Source: Dickeya solani IPO 2222 (lineage in GTDB: Bacteria; Pseudomonadota; Gammaproteobacteria; Enterobacterales; Enterobacteriaceae). Taken from it: a stretch of 32,000 nt of DNA. The DNA lies in the NCBI RefSeq assembly GCF_001644705.1, contig NZ_CP015137.1, positions 2,460,001 to 2,492,000 of the forward strand. The letters run 5' to 3'. This document shows, one piece after another, positions 10,499 through 21,007 of the stretch; position 1 is the first letter of the stretch, and each line of letters starts with the position of its first letter. The translations under genes and the position numbers were made by a program. Below the pieces are notes generated by a model. It saw only the letters and a program-made list of their open reading frames with translations. It was not told the DNA's origin and did no database searches.

Positions 10499-10730
10499 CG
10501 TGATCCTCCAGTGAAACATCGCGGAACACCACGCGCACCATCAGCCAGCACAGGCCGATAAACAGCAGCGGCAACGCCAGGCAGGCCAGTTCGAACCAGT
10601 GCGGCAGGCCAGTCAGGCCGGGACGGTTGTCGGGCAGATAGGCAAAGAGCGTCCAGGCCACCAGATAGGCCAGCGTCAGTATCAGTGACCAGCGGGCTTC
10701 GCGGTGGGCCTGGAGAAAGCGTTTATCCAT
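10488..10730 (-). CDS. yhdT: Small inner-membrane protein YhdT (DUF997), conserved partner of panF
   Basis: The 80-aa product MDKRFLQAHREARWSLILTLAYL...[26 protein letters not shown] has two TM helices and matches E. coli YhdT. The SD is AGGGGAA. Confidence 0.9.
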   Translation of the reverse strand: MDKRFLQAHREARWSLILTLAYLVAWTLFAYLPDNRPGLTGLPHWFELACLALPLLFIGLCWLMVRVVFRDVSLEDHDAE

Positions 10731-10854
10731 GATTTCCCCTTAATCCGGCAGGAATCAGTGTATATGGGTGACACAAAACAGGGGATTTTACGGCATGTCA
10801 GCCAATTGCCCAGCGAAAAATCGATGCGTTGAGCCAGAACGCGGCGGGCGGCGT

Positions 10855-10890
10855 GGAAATAAAAACGGGCCGGCATAGGCCGACCCGTTT
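10855..10890 (-). terminator. Rho-independent terminator after accC
   Basis: The minus-strand RNA reads AAACGGGUCGGC-CUAU-GCCGGCCCGUUU followed by UUAUUU. The stem is 12 bp with one G-U pair. It begins 16 nt after the accC stop. Confidence 0.75.
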
Positions 10891-10905
10891 CATCGGCGCG
10901 GGAGA

Positions 10906-12249
10906 TTACTGCAGGCCGAGTTTCTTCTCCAGATAGTGGATGTTGGTGCCACCATGCTGGAAGTTTTCGTCGGACATGATGCGCATCTGCAATTCCACAT
11001 TGGTCTTGATGCCATCAATGATCAGTTCCGCCAGGGCGTTTTTCATACGGGAAATGGCGATATCGCGGCTTTCACCGTAGGTGATCAGCTTGCCGATCAT
11101 GGAATCGTAATGCGGCGGTACGGTGTAACCGGCATAAATGTGCGATTCCCAACGCACGCCAAAACCGCCCGGCGCGTGGAAACGGGTGATTTTGCCCGGA
11201 CTCGGCAAGAAGGTGTTCGGGTCTTCGGCGTTGATACGGCATTCCACCGCATGACCGCGTACTTTGACCTCTTCCTGCTTGATGGACAGCGGCTGGCCGG
11301 CGGCGATGCGCAGCTGTTCCTTGATCAGGTCCACGCCGGTGATCATTTCGGTAACCGGGTGCTCTACCTGAATACGGGTGTTCATTTCGATGAAATAGAA
11401 CTCGCCATTTTCGAACAGGAACTCGAACGTACCGGCACCGCGGTAGTTGATGTCCACACAAGCTTTGGCACAGCGTTCGCCGATATAGCGACGCAGATCG
11501 GCGGTGATGCCCGGCGCTGGTGCTTCTTCCACGACTTTCTGGTGGCGGCGCTGCATGGAACAATCGCGCTCCGCCAGATAGATGGCGTTGCCCTGGCCGT
11601 CGGCCAGTATCTGGATTTCCACATGACGCGGATTTTCCAGGTATTTTTCCATGTAGACCATGTCGTTATTGAACGCCGCTTTGGCTTCCGCGCGGGTCAT
11701 AGCGATAGATTGCTCCAGCTCTTTTTCGCTACGCACTACGCGCATACCGCGACCGCCGCCGCCGCCAGAGGCTTTGATAATTACCGGATAACCGATGCGC
11801 TTGCCGATGGAGCGATTCTTGTCCATGTCGTCGCCCAGTGGGCCGTCAGAACCCGGTACACAGGGAACGCCGGCTTTTTTCATGGCGCTGATGGCCGACA
11901 CCTTGTCGCCCATCAGGCGAATGGTGTCGGCGCGCGGACCGATGAAAATGAAGCCGGAACGCTCAACCTGCTCGGCGAAGTCGGCGTTTTCGGACAGGAA
12001 ACCGTAACCAGGGTGGATCGCTACCGCGCCGGTGATTTCCGCTGCTGCAATGATCGCCGGGATATTCAGGTAGCTTTTCGTGGACGGCGCCGGGCCGATG
12101 CACACGGTTTCGTCCGCCAGCAATACGTGTTTCAGATCGCGGTCCGCCGTGGAGTGCACGGCGACGGTTTTGATGCCCAGTTCTTTACAGGCACGCAAAA
12201 TACGTAGCGCAATCTCACCGCGGTTGGCGATGACAATTTTATCTAGCAT
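10906..12249 (-). CDS. accC: Acetyl-CoA carboxylase, biotin carboxylase subunit
   Basis: The product [33 protein letters not shown]... has the ATP-grasp glycine loop [10 protein letters not shown], is 447 aa, and lies 11 nt downstream of accB. Confidence 0.99.
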   Translation of the reverse strand: MLDKIVIANRGEIALRILRACKELGIKTVAVHSTADRDLKHVLLADETVCIGPAPSTKSYLNIPAIIAAAEITGAVAIHPGYGFLSENADFAEQVERSGFIFIGPRADTIRLMGDKVSAISAMKKAGVPCVPGSDGPLGDDMDKNRSIGKRIGYPVIIKASGGGGGRGMRVVRSEKELEQSIAMTRAEAKAAFNNDMVYMEKYLENPRHVEIQILADGQGNAIYLAERDCSMQRRHQKVVEEAPAPGITADLRRYIGERCAKACVDINYRGAGTFEFLFENGEFYFIEMNTRIQVEHPVTEMITGVDLIKEQLRIAAGQPLSIKQEEVKVRGHAVECRINAEDPNTFLPSPGKITRFHAPGGFGVRWESHIYAGYTVPPHYDSMIGKLITYGESRDIAISRMKNALAELIIDGIKTNVELQMRIMSDENFQHGGTNIHYLEKKLGLQ

Positions 12250-12260
12250 GGTAAGCCTCG

Positions 12261-12725
12261 TTATTCGATGACAACCAGTGGCTCGTCAAATTCAACCGGC
12301 TGGCCGCTTTCAACCAGAATGGCTTTCACCACGCCCGCTTTGTCCGCTTCGATCTGGTTCATCATTTTCATTGCTTCAACGATGCACAGGGTATCGCCCA
12401 CTTTTACCTGCTGGCCGATTTCCACGAAGGCTTTAGCGTCCGGGCTCGGCGTGCGGTAGAAGGTGCCGACCATCGGCGAGCGCACGACGTGACCGCTGAT
12501 AGCGGCAGGTGCGGCGGCTTCTGCCACGGCGGCGGGCGCAGCAGCCGGTGCCACCGCTGGAGCGAACTGAGGCATTGGCGCGTAGGCCTGTTGCATCATG
12601 GGATAGCTACCCGGCGCCGGAGTGCGACTGATGCGTACTGACTCTTCCCCTTCGGAGATTTCCAGTTCGGCGATGCCAGATTCTTCAACCAGTTCGATCA
12701 GTTTCTTGATTTTACGAATATCCAT
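12261..12725 (-). CDS. accB: Acetyl-CoA carboxylase, biotin carboxyl carrier protein
   Basis: The product begins [34 protein letters not shown]. It has a Pro/Ala linker and the biotinylation motif [14 protein letters not shown]. Confidence 0.98.
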   Translation of the reverse strand: MDIRKIKKLIELVEESGIAELEISEGEESVRISRTPAPGSYPMMQQAYAPMPQFAPAVAPAAAPAAVAEAAAPAAISGHVVRSPMVGTFYRTPSPDAKAFVEIGQQVKVGDTLCIVEAMKMMNQIEADKAGVVKAILVESGQPVEFDEPLVVIE

Positions 12726-12761
12726 GAATGTGGTTCCGTACTCTTGTTAATTGGAAAACGA

Positions 12762-13214
12762 TTAATTGGATGTTGACAGGCGTTTTACCGCCGTCTGTAA
12801 ACCATAATGGTATCCGTCTGCCCCCAGACCGCAGATCACCCCGGCCGACACATCGGACAGGTAGGAGTGATGACGGAAGGGTTCACGTGCGTACACGTTG
12901 GTCAGATGGATCTCGATAAACGGGATGGCGACCGCCAGCAAGGCATCCCGCAGCGCCACACTGGTGTGGGTAAAGGCTGCCGGGTTAATCAGAATGAAAT
13001 CGGTGTTTCCTCTGGCCTGATGGATACGGTCAATCAGTTCATGTTCTGCATTCGACTGCAGGTGGGAAAGCTGCACGTTCAGCGTTGCCGCATCCTGCTC
13101 CAGTCGGCTCACGATCTCCGCCAGCGTCGTATGGCCGTATTTGTCCGGCTCACGGGTTCCCAGCAGATTCAGGTTTGGACCGTTAAGGAGCAAAATGTGA
13201 AACTTGTCTGCCAT
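12762..13214 (-). CDS. aroQ: 3-dehydroquinate dehydratase, type II
   Basis: From ATG 13214 the product begins [27 protein letters not shown]... It also contains [16 protein letters not shown] and [16 protein letters not shown], which are type II DHQase signatures. It is 150 aa, and only 36 nt separate it from accB. Confidence 0.95.
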   Translation of the reverse strand: MADKFHILLLNGPNLNLLGTREPDKYGHTTLAEIVSRLEQDAATLNVQLSHLQSNAEHELIDRIHQARGNTDFILINPAAFTHTSVALRDALLAVAIPFIEIHLTNVYAREPFRHHSYLSDVSAGVICGLGADGYHYGLQTAVKRLSTSN

Positions 13215-13452
13215 TGTGCTGCTATCTCCCTCGATTGGCTCAGTGGCGCACAACATAACGCGAAGCTATCCGTTTGTCACCCTTTGCCAGGCGAAAATCT
13301 CCGCTTTCACCCGCAAGGTTTGAACATTATAGCCATATCGTAGCAGTTGGCAGCGAAATACTGGTCTTATCTGCGGAGTTACCACGTCGTCATTGACAAA
13401 TTTTTACGAAATTTCACTGAGAACGCAGCCTGATTCGCGAGGGTGTTACCGA

Positions 13453-14052
13453 TTAACGGCGCCACTGACGCAACTTCTTGTAGCGAAAAAGCAGCAAGAT
13501 GACGGCAACTGACGCGTAAATGATCGGCAGTGGCGATAGCGATTTTACCGACCAAAGATAATGAACCGGGGCGAGGATCGCGACCAGATAAATGAGATTA
13601 TGCAGCTTTTGCCAGCGGGCTCCCAGTTTTCGCTGTGCCGACTGGGTGGACGTTACCGTCAGCGCCAGCAGTATCAGCCAGCTCGCCATGCCGAGCGTCA
13701 GGTAAGGTCGCAGGAAAACCTCTTTTCCCAGCAGATCAAGATGATTAACCCCCAACTCCAGCAAGGTGTAGCTGAGCAGGTGCAGGCTGGCCCAGGCGAA
13801 GCACCACAGCCCCAGCAGGCGACGACAGCGAATCAGCAACGGCTGTTTACCGTAGCGCGCCAGCGGCGTCACCATCAATGTCGCCAGCAGCAGTTTCAGC
13901 GCCATTCTGCCGGTAAAATGCTGGATATCTTTTGCCGGATCGGCGCTGAACGCGCCCTGATTGACGGCGAACACCAGCCATACCAGCGGCAGGAACGCCG
14001 CCAGATGGAGCACCACTTTCAGGGCTGTGATGTGTCGGGCGGTTAAACGCAT
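13453..14052 (-). CDS. msrQ: Protein-methionine-sulfoxide reductase heme-binding membrane subunit MsrQ (YedZ)
   Basis: From ATG 14052 the product [26 protein letters not shown]...DIQHFTGR is colinear with E. coli MsrQ. An alternative in-frame ATG at 14079 would add 9 aa. The track start at 14175 overlaps msrP and is unlikely. Confidence 0.9.
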   Translation of the reverse strand: MRLTARHITALKVVLHLAAFLPLVWLVFAVNQGAFSADPAKDIQHFTGRMALKLLLATLMVTPLARYGKQPLLIRCRRLLGLWCFAWASLHLLSYTLLELGVNHLDLLGKEVFLRPYLTLGMASWLILLALTVTSTQSAQRKLGARWQKLHNLIYLVAILAPVHYLWSVKSLSPLPIIYASVAVILLLFRYKKLRQWRR

Positions 14053-14119
14053 GCGGACGTTTTCCTGTGCGTTGAGCATTTCTGTGAGCCCCAAGTCATA
14101 TGGATTAAGCCCTGGACGT

Positions 14120-15121
14120 TCAGAAGTTCGCTCGTAAATCCAGCCCCTGATACAGCGAGGCGACCTGGTCGGCATAGCCGTTGAACATCAGTGTCGGCTG
14201 GCGTTGAACGTTCAACAAGCCGCCGGCGCCGATCACCCGTTCGCTGGCCTGCGACCAGCGCGGATGGTCGACGTTCGGATTGACGTTGGCGTAAAACCCG
14301 TACTCGTTGGGCGCGGACAGATTCCAGGTGGACGGCGGCGGCTGCCGGGTCAGACGGATATGCACGATGGATTTAATGTTCTTGAAGCCGTATTTCCACG
14401 GCGTCACCAGCCGTATCGGCGCGCCGTTTTGCGGCGGCAGCGTTTTGCCGTATACACCGACCGCCAGCAACGTCAGCGGGTGCATGGCTTCGTCCATGCG
14501 TAACCCTTCGACGTAGGGATAGTCCAGGCCGCCACCCATGAAACTGTCTTTCTGGCCGGGCATTTGCGCCGGGTCATAGAGCGTCTGGAAGGCGACATAA
14601 CGGGCGTCGCTGGTTGGTTCGGCCAGTTTTATCAACTGCGACAGTTCAAATCCGACCCACGGGATCACCATCGACCAGGCTTCGACGCAGCGAAAGCGGT
14701 AGATTCGTTCTTCCAGCGCGAAACGGCGGCGAATGTCGTCGATGTCCAGCGTGATAGGTTTGGCGACTTCACCGTCAATCCGGACTTTCCAGCCCTCGGT
14801 TTTGAGACCGCCCGCGTTGGCGGCAGGGTCGGCCTTGTCCAGGCCGAATTCGTAGAAATTGTTGTAGCCGGTGACCTTGTCTTCCGGCGTTAACGCCAGT
14901 TCCGGGCGCCACTGCGGCGGCTGACTGAACGTCAGCGGCTTGCCGGGCGGGGCGACAGGCGCCTTTTTGCCCTGGAACCAGTTGAGCAGGTCGGCGCGCG
15001 CGCCGGACGACAGGCTCAGCGTGGCGGCGGTAAGGCCCAGCGCCTTGAGGACGGTTCGACGTTGGTGGAACAGAGATTCCGGCGTCACATCGGCGTCGGT
15101 TAATTTGCGATGTCTGGACAT
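14120..15121 (-). CDS. msrP: Periplasmic protein-methionine-sulfoxide reductase catalytic (molybdopterin) subunit MsrP (YedY)
   Basis: A twin-arginine signal [25 protein letters not shown] is present. The remainder, including [19 protein letters not shown] and [12 protein letters not shown], is colinear with E. coli MsrP. The SD is GGGAG. Confidence 0.95.
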   Translation of the reverse strand: MSRHRKLTDADVTPESLFHQRRTVLKALGLTAATLSLSSGARADLLNWFQGKKAPVAPPGKPLTFSQPPQWRPELALTPEDKVTGYNNFYEFGLDKADPAANAGGLKTEGWKVRIDGEVAKPITLDIDDIRRRFALEERIYRFRCVEAWSMVIPWVGFELSQLIKLAEPTSDARYVAFQTLYDPAQMPGQKDSFMGGGLDYPYVEGLRMDEAMHPLTLLAVGVYGKTLPPQNGAPIRLVTPWKYGFKNIKSIVHIRLTRQPPPSTWNLSAPNEYGFYANVNPNVDHPRWSQASERVIGAGGLLNVQRQPTLMFNGYADQVASLYQGLDLRANF

Positions 15122-15242
15122 GGTGAACTCCCGCTTTTGATTATTGGTGTCAGGTTGGGGGATTCGGGTGAATGCTCGCCCTGATAGCGATGGCGTCAGT
15201 ATGCGGTGAAATAATGTGCCTGGGAAACGTTCTTTTTTTACC

Positions 15243-15286
15243 GGGTGTTACCAAAAAGAAGGTTGGGTGTTACCAAAAAGAAAGGG
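15243..15286. repeat. Tandem direct repeat: two 22-bp units whose first 18 bp are identical (GGGTGTTACCAAAAAGAA)
   Basis: Unit 1 is 15243-15264 (gggtgttaccaaaaagaaggtt) and unit 2 is 15265-15286 (gggtgttaccaaaaagaaaggg). The repeat lies in the acuI-msrP intergenic region, 122-165 nt upstream of the msrP start. Confidence 0.9.
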
Positions 15287-15307
15287 GAGCAGGTCGTTGC
15301 CGACCTG
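15275..15307 (-). terminator. Probable terminator after acuI
   Basis: The minus-strand RNA reads CAGGUCG-GCAA-CGACCUG (plus-strand 15290-15307), followed by CUCCCCUUUCUUUUUGG. It begins 15 nt after the acuI stop. The U-rich tract is supplied by repeat unit 2. Confidence 0.6.
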
Positions 15308-15321
15308 TCCTGACAGGGATA

Positions 15322-16308
15322 TCAATCTGTAGCGCCGACGCGTACCAGCGTACGGCCGGTAACCCGGTTTTCCAGCAGCGCAGCGGCGGTGGCGGGAACC
15401 TGCTCCAGCGTAATTTCCTGTGTGACCTGCTCGTAGAAGGCGGCCGGCAGCAGCGTGGCCAGACGACGCCAGGCTTCCTGACGCCGCGCGCGTGGCGTCA
15501 TCACCGAATCGACCCCTTGCAGGCGCACATTGCGCAGAATAAACGGCATCACCGTGGCGGGTAGCGATACGCCGCCTGCCAGCCCGCACGCCGCGACGGT
15601 CGCGCTGTAATGCATTTGGGTCAGCAGCGTCGCCAGTACCTGATCGCCCACCGTGTCGATGGCGCCTGCCCAGCGTTGTTTCTCCAGCGGACGACCGGCA
15701 GTGGAAAACTCCTTGCGATCCAGCACCTGATGAGCGCCAAGTTGTTGCAGATAGGCGCTGTTGTCCGCCCGGCCGCTGATTGCCGTTACCTGATACCCCA
15801 GCGCATGCAACAGCGCGACGGCGGTGCTGCCAACGCCGCCGCTGGCGCCGCTGACTATCACGTCTCCGCTCGCCGGAGTCACCCCGCCTTCTTCCAGCGC
15901 CATGACGCACAGCATGGCGGTGAAGCCGGCGGTGCCGATGACCATCGCCTGACGCGGTGTCAGCCCTTGCGGCAACGGTACCAGCCAGTCGGCCCTTACC
16001 CGCGCCTGTTCCGCCAGCCCACCCCAGTGATTTTCTCCTACGCCCCATCCGGTCAGCACCACAGGCTGCCCGGCCTTGAAGTCGGGGTGGTCGCTGTGGC
16101 GAACGGTTCCGGCAAAATCGATACCCGGCACCATCGGGAACTGACGAATGATTTTCCCTTTCCCGGTAATAGCCAGCGCATCCTTATAGTTGATGCCTGA
16201 CCAGTCGACGTCGACGGTGACATCGCCATCGGGTAATTGTGACGTTTCGAGCGTGTCGACGTCGGCCAAAGTCAGGCCATCTTGTTGCCTGAGCACTAAC
16301 GCGCGCAT
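15322..16308 (-). CDS. acuI: Acrylyl-CoA reductase AcuI/YhdH (MDR-family NADPH-dependent oxidoreductase)
   Basis: From ATG 16308 (SD AGGAGGA) the product begins MRALVLRQQDGLTLADVDTLETSQLPDGDVTVDVDWSGINYKDALAITGKGKIIRQFPMVPGIDFAGTV... It contains GASGGVGS and is colinear with E. coli YhdH. Confidence 0.93.
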   Translation of the reverse strand: MRALVLRQQDGLTLADVDTLETSQLPDGDVTVDVDWSGINYKDALAITGKGKIIRQFPMVPGIDFAGTVRHSDHPDFKAGQPVVLTGWGVGENHWGGLAEQARVRADWLVPLPQGLTPRQAMVIGTAGFTAMLCVMALEEGGVTPASGDVIVSGASGGVGSTAVALLHALGYQVTAISGRADNSAYLQQLGAHQVLDRKEFSTAGRPLEKQRWAGAIDTVGDQVLATLLTQMHYSATVAACGLAGGVSLPATVMPFILRNVRLQGVDSVMTPRARRQEAWRRLATLLPAAFYEQVTQEITLEQVPATAAALLENRVTGRTLVRVGATD

Positions 16309-16460
16309 AAAAATCCTCCTTATCGGGGACAAAAATAGAGGTAAATCATTTAAGGACTATATTTGTAACGGGTAGTATGCGAACTGATAAATCGCAAAGA
16401 ACACACAAAGTATCTCATGAAAGCACTTTCCAATTCTTTGATACGGAGTTAGGCGCAGGG

Positions 16461-18407
16461 ATGGGGTTGACTGTCAGAATATCGATATTAATGACGATGC
16501 TAACGACATTGGCCGTGGTGCTAATGTTGGCCAGCAGCATTTTTAGTTTTGTGTGTTATAGCCAGCAACGAATGGATCATCAGCTCAGGGCGGTGGCTGC
16601 CAGTATCGATCAGGCATTGCTGGTGCAGCCGCCCGCCAGTATCCAATTCTGGTTGCCGGCGGTGATGAAAGCGGCCGGCATCGTGGAACTGGAGATCCGC
16701 GACGGTCATGAAAGCCTCTATTTATTACGTCTGCCGGAGATGTTGTCTGACGGCGAGGATCGGGCGTTGCTCTATCGTCACACCCGCTTATCGTTGTTGC
16801 ACCACACCGATGTGAAGGTGAACGTGACCTACGTCGATCCGCTGTTCGGCATACCGCGTTATCTCAAATCCACGTTGTCCATCGTGCTGGTGATACTGGT
16901 GATTGCGGTGACCGTCTTTCATGGCGTGCGCTGGCTGCGGCGTCAGATGGCCGGGCAGGAGCAACTGGAGAGGCGCGCCCGGCGGATTTTGGCGGGCGAG
17001 CGCGACACCGTGATGCATGGCTCGGTGCATGAGTGGCCGGCGACGGCCAGCGGCGCGCTGGACCAATTACTGCTGGATCTGGCGGAGGCGCGAGAGGCGC
17101 GCAGCCGGGTCGATACCCTTATCCGCTCGTTCGCGGCGCAGGATGCGCAAACCGGCCTGAATAACCGGCTGTTTTTTGAAAATCAGCTCGCCACGCAACT
17201 GGAAGACCCGGAAGACGTCGGCACGCATGGCGTGGTGATGATGATCCGCCTGCCGGACTTTGACACCCTGCAGGAAACGCACGGTTACGGCGGCGTGCTC
17301 GAAGAGTATCGCAATACCCTGATCAACCTGCTGTCCACGTTTGTCTTACGTTATCCCTCCGCGCTGCTGGCGCGTTACTACCACAGCGATTTTACGGTGC
17401 TGTTGCCGCACCGTACCCTGAAAGAAGCGGACAGCATCGCCAGCCAACTGGTGAAGGCGATCGATATTCTGCCGGTTACGCCGCTGATCGATCGGGAAGA
17501 TATTTTGCACATCGGCATCAGCGCCTATCACGGCGGGCAGACTACGGAACAGGTGATGGAAAGCGTGGAAGATGCCACCCGCAACGCCGTATTGCAGGGT
17601 GGTAACGGCTGGTGCGTTTATGATCGGTGGGTACCGGAGAAAGGCCGCGGCAGCGTGAAATGGCGCACTCTGCTGGAACATACCCTGTTGCGCGGTGGGC
17701 CGCGTTTGTATCAGAAACCGGCGATTACCCGCGACGGCGAATTGCATCACCGGGAAATGTTTAGCCGAATTTATGATGGCACCCAGGAATTGCTGGAGGC
17801 GGAGTACATGCCGCTGGTGCGTCAGCTCGGCCTGACCTCCGGTTATGACCGGCAGTTGATCAACCGGGTGATTGCCCTGACGGTTAGCTGGCAGGATTCG
17901 GTGCTGGCTTTCCCGATTACGGTGGATTCGCTGCTGCAGCGGCCGTTCCTGCGTTGGCTGCGCGAAACTTTGCTCCAGTGTCCGAAAAGGCAGCGCGAGC
18001 GATTATTGTTTGAACTTGCGGAAGCGGATGTGTGTCAATATATCGGCCGTTTGCGGCCGATACTTGCCATGATCACCGGTCTGGGCTGCCGGCTGGCGGT
18101 GACGCAGGCCGGGCTGACGCTGGTCAGCACCGCCTATATCAAGTCGTTGCAGGTGGAGGTGATCAAGCTGCATCCGGGGCTGGTGCGTAGCCTGGATAAG
18201 CGGCCGGAGAATCAGCTGTTTGTCAGCAGTCTGACCGAAGCCTGCAAAGGGACGCATGCCCAGGTGTTCGCTGCGGGCGTACGGACGCGCGAGGAGTGGC
18301 AGACGTTACTGGATAAAGGCGTTTGCGGCGGTCAGGGCGATCTGTTCGCCGCTTCCGAGCCGGTGGGCAACACGCTGAAAAAATATTCACCGCGCACGTA
18401 TGTTTGA
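16461..18407 (+). CDS. csrD: RNase E specificity factor CsrD (YhdA): membrane protein with degenerate GGDEF and EAL domains
   Basis: From ATG 16461 the product begins MGLTVRISILMTMLTTLAVVLMLASS... It is 648 aa and colinear with E. coli CsrD, with conserved stretches such as TGLNNRLFFENQLATQLED, GTHGVVMMIRLPDF and GGPRLYQKPAITRDGELHHRE. The GGDEF position reads YHSDF and the EAL position reads EMF. Confidence 0.93.
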   Translation: MGLTVRISILMTMLTTLAVVLMLASSIFSFVCYSQQRMDHQLRAVAASIDQALLVQPPASIQFWLPAVMKAAGIVELEIRDGHESLYLLRLPEMLSDGEDRALLYRHTRLSLLHHTDVKVNVTYVDPLFGIPRYLKSTLSIVLVILVIAVTVFHGVRWLRRQMAGQEQLERRARRILAGERDTVMHGSVHEWPATASGALDQLLLDLAEAREARSRVDTLIRSFAAQDAQTGLNNRLFFENQLATQLEDPEDVGTHGVVMMIRLPDFDTLQETHGYGGVLEEYRNTLINLLSTFVLRYPSALLARYYHSDFTVLLPHRTLKEADSIASQLVKAIDILPVTPLIDREDILHIGISAYHGGQTTEQVMESVEDATRNAVLQGGNGWCVYDRWVPEKGRGSVKWRTLLEHTLLRGGPRLYQKPAITRDGELHHREMFSRIYDGTQELLEAEYMPLVRQLGLTSGYDRQLINRVIALTVSWQDSVLAFPITVDSLLQRPFLRWLRETLLQCPKRQRERLLFELAEADVCQYIGRLRPILAMITGLGCRLAVTQAGLTLVSTAYIKSLQVEVIKLHPGLVRSLDKRPENQLFVSSLTEACKGTHAQVFAAGVRTREEWQTLLDKGVCGGQGDLFAASEPVGNTLKKYSPRTYV

Positions 18408-18676
18408 TGTCAAAATCCGAACAAATTAGCGTAGAATATCGGCGCCATAGCGTTGCTGACCGGTTTGCTGAACGAGGCGGCGCGCACGAAAATGTTAGAT
18501 TTTATGTCGGTGGTTCACGCAATTTTCGAGGGCAGCTTGCGACAATCCCTGCCGTTGCCAGAAGGATCGCTGTTCTGCGGGCATTCATTATCATGGCAAT
18601 TTGCGTAAACATCATTTTTTCACCGTAGCAGAGCCGGTTAGCGCCTTGTCGCTGTTGCGTGTGGTTGGTACAGTAA

Positions 18677-19765
<1,089 letters not shown>

Positions 19766-19783
19766 TCCGGCCAGAACAAAGAA

Positions 19784-19848
19784 GGGGGGGACCGATCGCA
19801 TGGATGAAAGCCTGCCGTATTCATCCCGCGTGGTAGCCCCCTTTTTTA
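19784..19848 (+). terminator. Compound hairpin plus T6 between mreB and mreC (candidate attenuator or partial terminator)
   Basis: A G-run (19886-19890 equivalent: 19786-19790) pairs with CCCCC (19837-19841). This encloses an inner 7-bp hairpin GGATGAA (19802-19808) / TTCATCC (19820-19826), and TTTTTT (19842-19847) follows immediately. Confidence 0.6.
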
Positions 19849-19870
19849 TTGTCGAGGAATACGCAATTTT

Positions 19871-21007
19871 ATGAAGCCGATTTTTAGCCGGGGCCCTTCC
19901 CTGCAACTGCGCCTTTTTCTTACAGTCATTACCGCAATTGTCATTATCTTTGCTGACAGTCGGCTCGGTACGTTTGTCAAAATCAGAACGTACATGGACA
20001 CCGCCGTCAGCCCGTTCTATTTTCTGGCTAATGGCCCGCGCGCCATGCTGGATAACCTGTCCGCCAATCTGACCTCCCGTGAACAGCTGGAGCGGGAAAA
20101 CACCGCCCTGCGTCAGGAACTGCTGCTGAAAAATAGCGATCTGCTGCTGCTGGGGCAGTTTCGTCAGGAGAACGCCCGTCTGCGTGAACTGCTGGGGTCG
20201 CCGTTACGTCAGGAAGAGCAGAAGATGGTCACGCAGGTGCTGTCCTCCGGCTCCGATCCCTACAGCGATCAGGTAGTGATCGACAAAGGCAACGTTAACG
20301 GCGTGTATGAAGGGCAACCGGTCATCAGCGATAAAGGCGTGGTCGGCCAGGTTGTCGCGGTGGGGCAATTTACCAGTCGCGTACTGTTGATTTGCGATGC
20401 GTCTCATGCGCTGCCGATTCAGGTATTGCGCAACGATATTCGCGTTATCGCCGCCGGCAACGGCTGCACCGAAGATTTACAGCTGGAACACCTGCCCAAT
20501 AATACCGATATTCGGGTCGGCGATGTGCTGGTTACTTCCGGTCTGGGCGGCCGCTTCCCGGAAGGGTATCCCGTGGCGGTGGTGTCGTCCGTGAAAGTGG
20601 ACACCCAACGCGCTTACACCGTTATTCAGGCGCGTCCTACCGCCGAACTGCAACGTCTGCGTTATCTGTTGCTGATGTGGGGCGTGGACAGCAATTCCCG
20701 CACCGCGTTGCCGCCGGACGACGTACATCGGGTGGCGAACGAGCGCCTGATGCAGATGATGCCGCACGTGCTGCCGTCGCCGGAGGAAATGGGGCCGCCT
20801 GCGCCAGCTAACACACAGGCGCCTGATTTTGTCGGCCCGCCCGCGCCACCGGCCAAAACGACGCCGACCAAAACCAATAACGCCGCGCCGTCCAAACCGG
20901 CGAACGCGACATCGCCCCGAAATACCACGACGCCTGCCGCCAATACGGCTGCGCCGTCGCAGCAGAGGACGACGCCCGCGCCCGGAGCGTCGGGAGGTAG
21001 CCGATGA
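19871..21007 (+). CDS. mreC: Rod-shape-determining protein MreC
   Basis: The product [35 protein letters not shown]... is colinear with E. coli MreC. The C-terminal ~90 aa form a Pro/Ala/Thr-rich low-complexity tail. Confidence 0.97.
   Translation: MKPIFSRGPSLQLRLFLTVITAIVIIFADSRLGTFVKIRTYMDTAVSPFYFLANGPRAMLDNLSANLTSREQLERENTALRQELLLKNSDLLLLGQFRQENARLRELLGSPLRQEEQKMVTQVLSSGSDPYSDQVVIDKGNVNGVYEGQPVISDKGVVGQVVAVGQFTSRVLLICDASHALPIQVLRNDIRVIAAGNGCTEDLQLEHLPNNTDIRVGDVLVTSGLGGRFPEGYPVAVVSSVKVDTQRAYTVIQARPTAELQRLRYLLLMWGVDSNSRTALPPDDVHRVANERLMQMMPHVLPSPEEMGPPAPANTQAPDFVGPPAPPAKTTPTKTNNAAPSKPANATSPRNTTTPAANTAAPSQQRTTPAPGASGGSR

Noticed and set aside
10936-12207. 423-aa ORF antisense to accC
   Set aside because: The opposite strand encodes a near-canonical biotin carboxylase. 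The antisense product has low-complexity composition and no start-site signals.
15248-16048. 266-aa Arg/Gly-rich ORF on the same strand as acuI but in another frame
   Set aside because: This is an off-frame read of the acuI coding region. Its extreme RRRR/GAG composition is what an alternative frame of GC-rich codons looks like, and nothing indicates frameshifting or dual coding.
20740-21007. Pro/Ala/Thr-rich repetitive coding stretch at the 3' end of mreC, considered as a possible separate gene, tandem repeat or recombination hotspot
   Set aside because: It is in frame with mreC and continuous with it. A similar low-complexity periplasmic tail exists in E. coli MreC. I could not discern an exact nucleotide-level tandem unit.
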